Origin: a virus
Lineage: Duplodnaviria; Heunggongvirae; Uroviricota; Caudoviricetes
IMG/VR virus record: IMGVR_UViG_3300037488_000489
Span: 1 to 53,711 of that record
Reading direction: 5' to 3' (one strand)
DNA: 53,711 nucleotides
The first letter of the stretch is position 1; each line of letters opens with the position of its first letter. A model generated the notes under the pieces. It saw only the letters and a list, made by a program, of their open reading frames with translations, was not told the origin of the DNA and did no database searches. Shown one piece after another: positions 41,593 to 48,899 of this stretch. Position numbers and translations under genes: made by a program.

Positions 41593-41902
41593 GAAGATAG
41601 GAAATGATTCTGTGGTGATAATGACCTTAAAACAGGCAAACACTATAAATGATAAGTTTCAATCTAATCAAACCACAATTGATTCGTTGAAGACGTATGT
41701 TTATATAAAAGACAGTATTATAAGCAAAGACAAAATAACATATGATAGCTTGCATACAGTTACAAATCAGTATAGAGCAAGATATGATGAAAGGTTAAAT
41801 ATGCGTATCCCTGTTGCTAAAGACAATAGTGGATGGGAGTTTGCTCAAAAGATGGTACTGATTGGTGTTATAGTATTACAATTCTTCACTATAAAAAGAT
41901 AA
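41513..41902 (+). CDS. Exported protein with N-terminal signal and C-terminal TM, 129 aa
   Basis: MMLKANLIVILVTLVSNLGYCQ signal-like N-terminus; coiled coil; C-terminal MVLIGVIVLQFF; overlaps the previous gene by 80 nt. Confidence 0.55.
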   Translation: MMLKANLIVILVTLVSNLGYCQYPIVKKIGNDSVVIMTLKQANTINDKFQSNQTTIDSLKTYVYIKDSIISKDKITYDSLHTVTNQYRARYDERLNMRIPVAKDNSGWEFAQKMVLIGVIVLQFFTIKR

Positions 41903-41910
41903 AAATCAAC

Positions 41911-42039
41911 ATGGCAAAGGCTAAAGGAGGATCATCCTCACAAAAAGTAACTTTTGGAAAACGTAAAGGTGGCAAAGCTGCTAAATCACAAGGTCCAAAA
42001 GATAAACCAGTAAAGAAATATAAAGGTCAAGGTAAGTAG
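41911..42039 (+). CDS. Small Lys/Gly-rich basic protein ending KYKGQGK, 42 aa
   Basis: ATG at 41911 after an A-rich leader; the Y(R/K)GQG(R/K) C-terminus is a recurrent phage small-protein motif. Confidence 0.75.
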   Translation: MAKAKGGSSSQKVTFGKRKGGKAAKSQGPKDKPVKKYKGQGK

Positions 42040-42138
42040 TATTACTACCAATATACAAACATTTCTAAACTAAAATCTATAACTAACTTGATTAGAGTTG
42101 AGTTAATTAATTTGGTTATACCAATTTCATAAACCTCA

Positions 42139-42168
42139 TTGGTTATAGTAAAAAACAACATATCTTTG
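42139..42168 (+). promoter_or_regulatory. Promoter TTGGTTAT-N14-TATCTTTG
   Basis: -7 box at 42161-42168; a second TTGGTTAT copy lies at 42112-42119. Confidence 0.7.
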
Positions 42169-42187
42169 AAAATTAATTTTTTATAAC

Positions 42188-42343
42188 ATGGCAATACCAT
42201 CAAGACCCATAGGGCAAGATCCAGTTTCACAACAATTGTGGGCTATATCAAAACAAATGGAACAGTTGATTGGACAAGTTGGAGCTGTAGTTAAAAACAC
42301 TGCAGGCTTAACTACCACAACTACCACTACAACAACCCCTTAA
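42188..42343 (+). CDS. Small protein with C-terminal poly-Thr tail (T9P), 51 aa
   Basis: Manual translation MAIPSRPIGQDPVSQQLWAISKQMEQL...GLTTTTTTTTTP*; downstream of a promoter; Thr codons are varied. Confidence 0.8.
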   Translation: MAIPSRPIGQDPVSQQLWAISKQMEQLIGQVGAVVKNTAGLTTTTTTTTTP

Positions 42344-42354
42344 ATAAAATAAAA

Positions 42355-42552
42355 ATGGCAAATTTACAAACGTTAAAAGCAGAAATAGAAGCAACAGACA
42401 AAGCAATTCAAGAAGCAAGAAAGGCTCAAGTTGATGCACTTATTGCAGCAAAAGCAGCTGCAGAAGAAGCAAAGACTCCAGCAGATTATGAAGCTGAATT
42501 ACAAGCTCAACTTGATGCTAAGAAAGCTCTATTAGCTGGTCTTCAAGCATAA
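42355..42552 (+). CDS. Ala/Lys/Glu-rich coiled-coil protein, 65 aa
   Basis: ORF track; helical composition. Confidence 0.75.
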   Translation: MANLQTLKAEIEATDKAIQEARKAQVDALIAAKAAAEEAKTPADYEAELQAQLDAKKALLAGLQA

Positions 42553-42590
42553 AGATAAAATACATTTATCTAAACCAACAATAACTACAT

Positions 42591-43607
42591 ATGAAGGATT
42601 TAAAATTTATCTGTGCTCAGCCAGATGACACTTACTATACATGGCAAGTACATGCCTGGTTAGAAAGTTTAAAAGAAATTGGGCACTTGGACAAAGCAAT
42701 TGTGTTAATATACACTCCTAGCTTTAGAGAAAAAAGTGATAAATGGCAAAAGATAGTTGATCTGTATCCAGAAGCAGAGTTTGCTTTCTATAAAGACACA
42801 GGAGATGTAAGTAAATACTTAGGAGTTTATATTCCTGTTTTACGTCCATATGTCTTGATGAGATACTTTCAGGAACACCCTGAGATGATAAGCAAAGCAG
42901 TGTTCTACTGTGACTGTGATATTCTGTTTACAGATAAATTTGATGTAGAGAAGTATAGAGACGATGAAGTCTGCTACTTGTCTGACACAAACAGCTACAT
43001 AAATGCTTCATATTTTGATAGTAAAATAAAAGATGTTCTTCCTGCTAAACTGGAAGAATACAAAACTAGAGATGTCCTAGCTGAGATTACAAGCTTAATA
43101 GGAATCAATAGAGAAATAGCAGAAGCTAACAACGAACATTCAGGAGGAGCTCAATACTTCTTAAAGAATGTAGATGCTAATTTCTGGAAGAAGGTGATGA
43201 ATGACTGTATTGTTATTCGTAGCTATCTTCAACATATAAACAAAGAGTTCTTTGGTAGCGAAGATAAAGGATTTCAAAGCTGGTGTGCAGATATGTGGGC
43301 TGTGTTATGGAACCTTTGGTTAAGAGACCAAGAAACTAAGAACATTCCTGAAATGGATTTCTCTTGGGCAACAGACCCAATTGAAAAGGTGGAGAAACTG
43401 GGACTCTTTCATAATGCAGGAGTAACAGCTAAAACAATGTATGGATATCCTGCGTTCTACAAAGGAATATATCATACAGGTAAAAATCCTTTTGATGATA
43501 GTCACATGTATGTAGTACATACTAGTGATGAGTCTAAGAAACATGGTACACACTACTATGTTAAAAAACTATTAGAATTAAAACAAAAATATAACCTAAA
43601 CTATTAA
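42591..43607 (+). CDS. GT-A glycosyltransferase resembling plant protein O-glycosyltransferases (HPAT/peptidyl-serine alpha-galactosyltransferase type), 338 aa
   Basis: FICAQPDDTYYTWQV, LRPYVL..YF..HP, DxD motif YCDCDILF, SGGAQYFL, WCADMWAVLW, and a late HNAG. Confidence 0.6.
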   Translation: MKDLKFICAQPDDTYYTWQVHAWLESLKEIGHLDKAIVLIYTPSFREKSDKWQKIVDLYPEAEFAFYKDTGDVSKYLGVYIPVLRPYVLMRYFQEHPEMISKAVFYCDCDILFTDKFDVEKYRDDEVCYLSDTNSYINASYFDSKIKDVLPAKLEEYKTRDVLAEITSLIGINREIAEANNEHSGGAQYFLKNVDANFWKKVMNDCIVIRSYLQHINKEFFGSEDKGFQSWCADMWAVLWNLWLRDQETKNIPEMDFSWATDPIEKVEKLGLFHNAGVTAKTMYGYPAFYKGIYHTGKNPFDDSHMYVVHTSDESKKHGTHYYVKKLLELKQKYNLNY

Positions 43608-43627
43608 CGTAATTAAAAAACAAAATT

Positions 43628-43813
43628 ATGGGAAGTAATCAAAACTTAAAAGCTTATGTACGCTACGATGGTAGTGGCAGAGTAGTTGCAGGTAGTCTTA
43701 TCTTTAGAAGAAAGAAGCCTACAGTTGGAAGATGGCATGAAATTGCTATAACAGAATGTTGTGAGTATGTTCCTACAACTACTACTACAACCACTACTGC
43801 TGTTCCTGAATAG
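43628..43813 (+). CDS. Small protein with ECC and poly-Thr tail (PT8AVPE), 61 aa
   Basis: ORF track; LKAYVRYDGSGRVV core. Confidence 0.8.
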   Translation: MGSNQNLKAYVRYDGSGRVVAGSLIFRRKKPTVGRWHEIAITECCEYVPTTTTTTTTAVPE

Positions 43814-43830
43814 TATAAAAACCAAACAAA

Positions 43831-44235
43831 ATGGCAAAATCACTGTTCCCTGATGAGATGATGAAATCAGGAGAATTAAACTTGGAAACAATAGCTGGGA
43901 AGCTTACGTATTTTCATGAGCAATTACATTTAACTCATTGGCAGACAAAAAGTTATGCTGAGCATCAAGCTCTAGGAGGATTGTATGATTATGTACATGA
44001 TTTTAAAGATGGTGTAATTGAGAAGCTTATGGGTTATACAGGTAAAAGACCTGCTCCATATAAGATAGAACCTCTTACAAATTGTACAGGGAATGAATGT
44101 GTGTCAAATCTTTTATCTTTTGCATCCTCTTTAAAAAGCTATGCTGAAGCAAATAGCTATCACGATATAGCAAATCTAGCAGATGCGTTGTCTGGTGAAG
44201 CTGCAAAAACCAAATACTTATTAACCTTGTCTTAA
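43831..44235 (+). CDS. Ferritin/Dps-like four-helix protein (DUF5856-like), 134 aa
   Basis: LHLTHWQTKSYAEHQALGGLYD...D...E motif; C-terminal KYLLTL. Confidence 0.8.
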   Translation: MAKSLFPDEMMKSGELNLETIAGKLTYFHEQLHLTHWQTKSYAEHQALGGLYDYVHDFKDGVIEKLMGYTGKRPAPYKIEPLTNCTGNECVSNLLSFASSLKSYAEANSYHDIANLADALSGEAAKTKYLLTLS

Positions 44236-44525
44236 TGCAAATTAATAAAAAGTATTTCCCCAAGATAATGCAAGACAATGAAATGATTTATTTTGCACAT
44301 CTTGAGGGGATTATTGATTCAATAGATGAGCTGTCTACATTAGAGATAGTTAAAAATCCTCGCTCATATCATTTTAGATTGGCTCCTAGCGTACCAAAAT
44401 ACACTGAGTCTCTTTTACAGGAGCTATTGAAGTTTCATAATATGTTTAAAATTAGACTAGAGTTATCTAAAAGTATTAAAAATTCATCTACTATTACATT
44501 TGAAATAAATTTGGAAGATTCGTAG
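44235..44525 (+). CDS. Hypothetical protein, 96 aa
   Basis: TAATG-coupled to the previous gene. Confidence 0.7.
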   Translation: MQINKKYFPKIMQDNEMIYFAHLEGIIDSIDELSTLEIVKNPRSYHFRLAPSVPKYTESLLQELLKFHNMFKIRLELSKSIKNSSTITFEINLEDS

Positions 44526-44541
44526 TAAATACATATCTTCG
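44511..44541 (+). promoter_or_regulatory. Promoter TTGGAAGA-N15-TATCTTCG
   Basis: TAnnTTCG variant of the -7 box with TTG 20 nt upstream; precedes the basic-protein cluster. Confidence 0.55.
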
Positions 44542-44565
44542 CTATTAAACCAAAAAAATAAAGTT

Positions 44566-44835
44566 ATGTCAGAAGAAATTCAAGAAGTTGGACAAGAAGC
44601 TCCAAAATTTGACCCTAATAAGAAATATACATGGGCTGGTGATGTTAGTATTGTAGTTTCTGGTGCAGAGTTTGGTGCAATCTTAAATGCTTTACGTGGT
44701 GTTACATCAACTCAAGAAGCACAAGCATTATTTTTAGCTGCAGAAACTGCAGATAAAGTAGAAGCTATTTTAGCAAGAAATGTTGAAATTGGTATTATTG
44801 TAGAAGCTCCTGAAGCTCCAAAAGCAAGTTTATAA
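44566..44835 (+). CDS. Hypothetical acidic protein, 89 aa
   Basis: ORF track; A-rich leader. Confidence 0.7.
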   Translation: MSEEIQEVGQEAPKFDPNKKYTWAGDVSIVVSGAEFGAILNALRGVTSTQEAQALFLAAETADKVEAILARNVEIGIIVEAPEAPKASL

Positions 44836-44845
44836 AATAATCATC

Positions 44846-44992
44846 ATGGCTACTGCTAAGAAAAATTGGATACAAGGTGCTGTTAACCCTAAACATAAGG
44901 GTTATTGCACTCCAATGACCAAAGCTACATGCACTCCTAAAAGAAAGGCATTAGCTAAAACATTCAAGGCAATGGCTAAGAAACGTAAGTAA
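44846..44992 (+). CDS. Small basic protein MATAKKNWIQGAV..., 48 aa
   Basis: Manual translation; TAATG overlap with the next gene. Confidence 0.75.
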   Translation: MATAKKNWIQGAVNPKHKGYCTPMTKATCTPKRKALAKTFKAMAKKRK

Positions 44993-45372
44993 TGGCAACT
45001 ATTAAAAAAGCTGGTCCTTGGAATCCTCAAAAAGCTACAGCTTATGTAGGTAAGGGTGTTCTTAGAACTGGTGGTAATATAACTCCTGTTCCTAATGGTC
45101 ATCTAATTAAAAAAGATGGTACATCATTAAAGGATGGTGGTAAGGTTGTTAAAGCTGGTGGTCAAACACACAAAGTGTTTAAAAAGAAAGTTGATAAAGG
45201 TATAGGCAATAAGGGGGATATAGTTGTAGATCATACAGCTGGTCCCTCTGCTGGTAAATGGGATAAAATTAATCTCACAAAGAAGTCAAGAGCTAAAACT
45301 GTTAAACAAGGTGTTGCATCTGTTAAGAAATGGCACAGAGATAATCCTAATTATAAAAGCAAAAAGAAATAG
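44992..45372 (+). CDS. Lys-rich putative internal virion protein (MATIKK; 3 x xGG motifs), 126 aa
   Basis: LRTGG, LKDGG and VKAGG motifs. Confidence 0.75.
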   Translation: MATIKKAGPWNPQKATAYVGKGVLRTGGNITPVPNGHLIKKDGTSLKDGGKVVKAGGQTHKVFKKKVDKGIGNKGDIVVDHTAGPSAGKWDKINLTKKSRAKTVKQGVASVKKWHRDNPNYKSKKK

Positions 45373-45374
45373 CC

Positions 45375-45677
45375 ATGGCTACAGTTAAAAAGGTTATGAA
45401 GTCTGGTGGTAGTACTCCTGCTTGGACTCGTAAGGAAGGAAAGAATCCTGAAGGAGGATTGAATGCTAAAGGTGTAGCAAGCTATAGAGCTGCTAATCCT
45501 GGAAGTAAACTAAAAACTGCTGTTACTACTAAACCTTCTAAACTTAAAGCTGGATCTAAGGATGCTAAAAGACGTAAGTCTTTCTGTGCTAGAATGTCAG
45601 GAGTTAAAGGACCTGCAAAGAAACCTAACGGTGAACCAACAAGAAAAACGTTAGCATTAAGAAAATGGAATTGTTAA
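45375..45677 (+). CDS. Lys-rich protein with DUF6321-like domain, 100 aa
   Basis: AWTRKEGKNPEGGLNAKG..SY...NPGS...RRKSFCARM...RKWNC pattern. Confidence 0.75.
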   Translation: MATVKKVMKSGGSTPAWTRKEGKNPEGGLNAKGVASYRAANPGSKLKTAVTTKPSKLKAGSKDAKRRKSFCARMSGVKGPAKKPNGEPTRKTLALRKWNC

Positions 45678-45689
45678 AAAAATAATATT

Positions 45690-46112
45690 ATGGCAACGGT
45701 AAAAAAAGCTGTAAAAGCTCAAAACGGTAAAGATGTCCCTAAAGGATATGTCCGTGGTGAAATGACTAATAGACTATATAAGAAAGAAGATATGGCTAAG
45801 CATGAAGCTGGAATGGCTGATGCTTTAGACAGACAAGCTGGTCTTGGTAAATATGCTCCTAAAAAGAATCCTGCTATTAAAAACAATCCTTTCAAAGAAG
45901 CGATTTCTAACTTCTCAGAAGCTGAAATAAAGAAAGCAAAAGCAGCTCCTAAAAAGAAAATGAAAGCAGGCGGTATGTTGAAACGTGCTGATGGTTCTTA
46001 TTCTAAAAGAGGATTATGGGACAACATTCGTGCTAACAAAGGCTCAGGTAAAAAACCTACAGCTGCTATGTTAAAACAAGAGAAAAAAATTAACGCTAAA
46101 ACTAAAAAATAA
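45690..46112 (+). CDS. Lys-rich putative internal virion protein (MATVKK), 140 aa
   Basis: AQNG and MKAGG motifs; GLWDNIRA.KGSG module. Confidence 0.75.
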   Translation: MATVKKAVKAQNGKDVPKGYVRGEMTNRLYKKEDMAKHEAGMADALDRQAGLGKYAPKKNPAIKNNPFKEAISNFSEAEIKKAKAAPKKKMKAGGMLKRADGSYSKRGLWDNIRANKGSGKKPTAAMLKQEKKINAKTKK

Positions 46113-46117
46113 ATAAA

Positions 46118-46558
46118 ATGGCAACTGTTAAAAAAATGAAGAAAGCCCAAGACGGTAAATTGATAGATGCTTTTAAGAAGGCTTCAAACTCATCAGCTGT
46201 TAAAGCAAAAGAAAATTCAGCTTATACTAAAAGTTCTTTTAAAACTGCAGATTCATTACGTTCAGCATTTCCTAAATTAGGTTCAAAAGGATTAAAAGGA
46301 TTAGTAGAAGAAAGAAAATCCAATAAAGCAAAAGCTGATTCTATTGAAGGTGCTGTTGAGAAACGTATAGGTGTTCCTAGAAAGTACAACATGTATGACA
46401 ACAAGAAAAATGGCGGACCAGTTAAAAAAGCTAAATCTGGTGGTTCATTTCCTGACTTAAACAAAGATGGTAAAATCACTAAGGCTGATATTTTAAAAGG
46501 TCGTGGTGTTATTGCTAAGAAAGGTGCTATGATTAAGAAATCTATTAAAAAGAAATAA
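46118..46558 (+). CDS. Lys-rich putative internal virion protein with an EF-hand-like FPDLNKDGKITKADIL module, 146 aa
   Basis: AQDG, KKNGG, AKSGG and AKKG motifs. Confidence 0.75.
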   Translation: MATVKKMKKAQDGKLIDAFKKASNSSAVKAKENSAYTKSSFKTADSLRSAFPKLGSKGLKGLVEERKSNKAKADSIEGAVEKRIGVPRKYNMYDNKKNGGPVKKAKSGGSFPDLNKDGKITKADILKGRGVIAKKGAMIKKSIKKK

Positions 46559-46559
46559 A

Positions 46560-47033
46560 ATGGCAACTATAAAGAAAATAAAGAAAGCTGAAGATGGGCT
46601 TAGAACAGGTCAATACAAAAGACTTGGTAGAATTGCAGAAAAGAATCCAGAAAGAGCTGAAAAAGTAGCTGGACGCATGACTAGAAAAGCTGATCGTATT
46701 GAACGTGGTAAAGATATTGCAAGCCCTCGTGCAAACCTTATGATGAACATGAATAATGCAGCAGAAAAGAGAGAGCGTCTAATGATGGACATGAGGAAAG
46801 AAAAGAATGGCGGTAAAAATAAGAAGTTTGAATCTGGTGGTAGTCTATCTGGATTAAATGCTTCTAATAAGCGTGTTGGTCCTGTAGATCCTAAAGGTGC
46901 TTATACTAAAGTTCAAAAGAGAACATTAGCAGGTGCTAAAGGTAAAGCTGTTTTAAAGAAAGATAAACAATTAGGTGCTACTAAAATGAAAAATGGTGGA
47001 CCTATGAAAAAATGCAAGTATGGCTGCAAGTAA
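46560..47033 (+). CDS. Lys/Arg-rich putative internal virion protein (MATIKK), 157 aa
   Basis: AEDG, EKNGG, FESGG, MKNGG and CKYG motifs. Confidence 0.75.
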   Translation: MATIKKIKKAEDGLRTGQYKRLGRIAEKNPERAEKVAGRMTRKADRIERGKDIASPRANLMMNMNNAAEKRERLMMDMRKEKNGGKNKKFESGGSLSGLNASNKRVGPVDPKGAYTKVQKRTLAGAKGKAVLKKDKQLGATKMKNGGPMKKCKYGCK

Positions 47034-47034
47034 T

Positions 47035-47193
47035 ATGACTGCTGGCAAAGCTAAAAAATCAGGTGCACCTCGTAAGGCACCAAAGGTACCAGCTCCTAAA
47101 CCAATCAATGGTAATTATATGAAGGAGTCTGATACAAAGTTACAAAGAAAGAGTCCTATGCTTCCTATGAAGCAGAAGAGATTATCAAAATAA
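47035..47193 (+). CDS. Small Lys/Pro-rich basic protein, 52 aa
   Basis: Manual translation MTAGKAKKSGAPRKAPKVPAPKP...; starts 1 nt after the previous stop. Confidence 0.7.
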   Translation: MTAGKAKKSGAPRKAPKVPAPKPINGNYMKESDTKLQRKSPMLPMKQKRLSK

Positions 47194-47320
47194 TTGTCTT
47201 CTCCTGCATCCCATAAGAACTGCACGCTCAGGTTGATCCTCCAGTTTCTAGAACTGTGGTCTTAAAGAAGAGTCATTCCCCCCTATAGTCTCAGTATTGT
47301 AGGTCTGCTCCTTCTGGGAG
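47194..47320. ncRNA. Candidate structured non-coding RNA / 3' UTR
   Basis: ~47% GC (hand count 60/127) non-coding island with local hairpins, before a terminator; no family recognised. Confidence 0.3.
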
Positions 47321-47326
47321 TAAAAG

Positions 47327-47351
47327 AAAAGCCCCTATTTGGGGCTTTTTT
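47327..47351. terminator. Bidirectional terminator at the + / - strand switch
   Basis: AAAA-GCCCC-TATTT-GGGGC-TTTTTT; overlaps the 3' end of the GT31-like gene. Confidence 0.85.
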
Positions 47352-48066
47352 CATTTAGAAGGGTATGTAAATATTTCATAAAGCTTTTATGTCTTATGTA
47401 ATGGTGTGTTACATGTTTAGATAAAAAGGTAACATCTTCTTCTGTAAGTTCAGCTAGCATCTTAGGTACATAACTATCTCCTTCTTTCCAAAGGTCATTG
47501 AAATATCTTTGAAAGGGAAACCAACCATTTAGATATAGTTTATGTAAAACATTTGAATCTAAAAACTTATCATAGATTTTTATCTGGTTCTCTTTTAACC
47601 ATGTGCCCATACAAACATCTTCATACCCATAACCTTTTACAGTCATAGGTTGACACTTCTTAATTAACTGTGGAGATATAAAATAACCACATCCTCCAGA
47701 TGGATAATCTAGTTCAGGTTCTTTTGTATATGATCCTTTCATACTATATCCATATACAGCATCTTTACTAAAGAATGTAACTACTTCTTCAAATAAAGGA
47801 ATGTTAAGTATGGCATCATCATCAATAAAGACTAACCAATCATATGCATCAAATTGGTCAGTAGTCCTAACCAGGTTGATGAAGTTGACTGTCTTCTCTT
47901 CATTGCTTTGATAATCATCTTTGTCAGAACAAGATATCTCATTAGGTCTCCCTGTGAGTTTATCTGTAAGACATACATAATCAAGAGCAGATAACCACGT
48001 TTCAAGGCAGTTATCTACTCTGTCAGTATGCTTATGACTAGTTTTTAATACAATTTTGTATTTCAT
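47335..48066 (-). CDS. GT31-like (Fringe / core-1 beta-1,3-galactosyltransferase fold) glycosyltransferase, 243 aa
   Basis: YDWLVFIDDDAIL, YPSGGCGYFIS, EDVCMGTWL and a late HHY motif. Confidence 0.75.
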   Translation of the reverse strand: MKYKIVLKTSHKHTDRVDNCLETWLSALDYVCLTDKLTGRPNEISCSDKDDYQSNEEKTVNFINLVRTTDQFDAYDWLVFIDDDAILNIPLFEEVVTFFSKDAVYGYSMKGSYTKEPELDYPSGGCGYFISPQLIKKCQPMTVKGYGYEDVCMGTWLKENQIKIYDKFLDSNVLHKLYLNGWFPFQRYFNDLWKEGDSYVPKMLAELTEEDVTFLSKHVTHHYIRHKSFMKYLHTLLNEKSPK

Positions 48067-48353
48067 TACCAGATTTGAATTATATCAAATGGTGATACTA
48101 AGATTGCACGGTCATCATCTTCATTGATTGGAACCAATGTAGCTTTGTTTAAAGCTGCTGGATCTACTAATACATAGTCTCCTGCTTTGATTTCTGTAAC
48201 AATTGTACCTACCTGTAACACTTTTAACTTAGACATCTTATTAAGCAATTCTCTTTGTAATGCTTCTTTAGTGTTATCGTCCACAATTAATTTACTATTG
48301 TCATCTTGTGGCGGCATTTCTAATAAAATTCTATTTCCTAATAACTTTGGCAT
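48066..48353 (-). CDS. groES: GroES/Cpn10-like co-chaperonin, 95 aa
   Basis: KLLGNRILLE...KVLQVG...EIKAGDYVLV pattern. Confidence 0.75.
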   Translation of the reverse strand: MPKLLGNRILLEMPPQDDNSKLIVDDNTKEALQRELLNKMSKLKVLQVGTIVTEIKAGDYVLVDPAALNKATLVPINEDDDRAILVSPFDIIQIW

Positions 48354-48355
48354 GA

Positions 48356-48640
48356 TTAATTATTTAAACTGTTAAATCTTGTAATGTCTTCATCAAACAG
48401 ACTGATTTCTGTTGAATATGTATTACGTTGTCTTTTAATTCCTCTTTGTTTTCCTGTCTTAGGATCAATATCTGGAACATCTTCTGAACGATCATGTGCA
48501 TCATCTAATAAGACTAACACTTTGTTGTCATCAACTTGTACAGATCTAATCACTTTATCTAGATTAAAGCTGTCTGTGAAGATTTTACCATCTTCTGTTT
48601 TTCTTGTGTAAAAAAATAAATTGCTCATTTTAATTTTCAA
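48356..48640 (-). CDS. Hypothetical protein, 94 aa
   Basis: ORF in a tightly packed operon. Confidence 0.7.
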   Translation of the reverse strand: MKIKMSNLFFYTRKTEDGKIFTDSFNLDKVIRSVQVDDNKVLVLLDDAHDRSEDVPDIDPKTGKQRGIKRQRNTYSTEISLFDEDITRFNSLNN

Positions 48641-48899
48641 TTTTATCTGGGTTATTTAAATCTGTCATTCTTTGAACTAATATGTTTTCATAATTCTGCA
48701 TAGTAGTCAATTGACTATCTAGCAAACGTTTATGAAAGTAATTTACATTTTTAAAATCAGGACTCATTGTCATAAAAGTTTTTAACTTTTCAATTTTATT
48801 TGAAAGTTCTATTCTTTCAATGTGTAATTTACCTGCTAGACCTACTATAGGTTCTTTTAATTCTTGTTCTGGAACATTGTCCCATGCTGTTGCAATCAT
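48630..48899 (-). CDS. crAss001_48-related helical protein, 89 aa
   Basis: E..EL..KIEKL..F.....F.......LL..QL..M..Y..IL..R pattern. Confidence 0.6.
   Translation of the reverse strand: MIATAWDNVPEQELKEPIVGLAGKLHIERIELSNKIEKLKTFMTMSPDFKNVNYFHKRLLDSQLTTMQNYENILVQRMTDLNNPDKIEN

Noticed and set aside
42045-42230. 61-aa - strand ORF in the track
   Set aside because: It lies across a promoter region and overlaps the better-supported + strand poly-Thr gene at 42188.
47194-47320. tRNA gene
   Set aside because: No D/T-loop consensus (GGTTCRA) or cloverleaf could be built on either strand; kept only as a generic ncRNA candidate.
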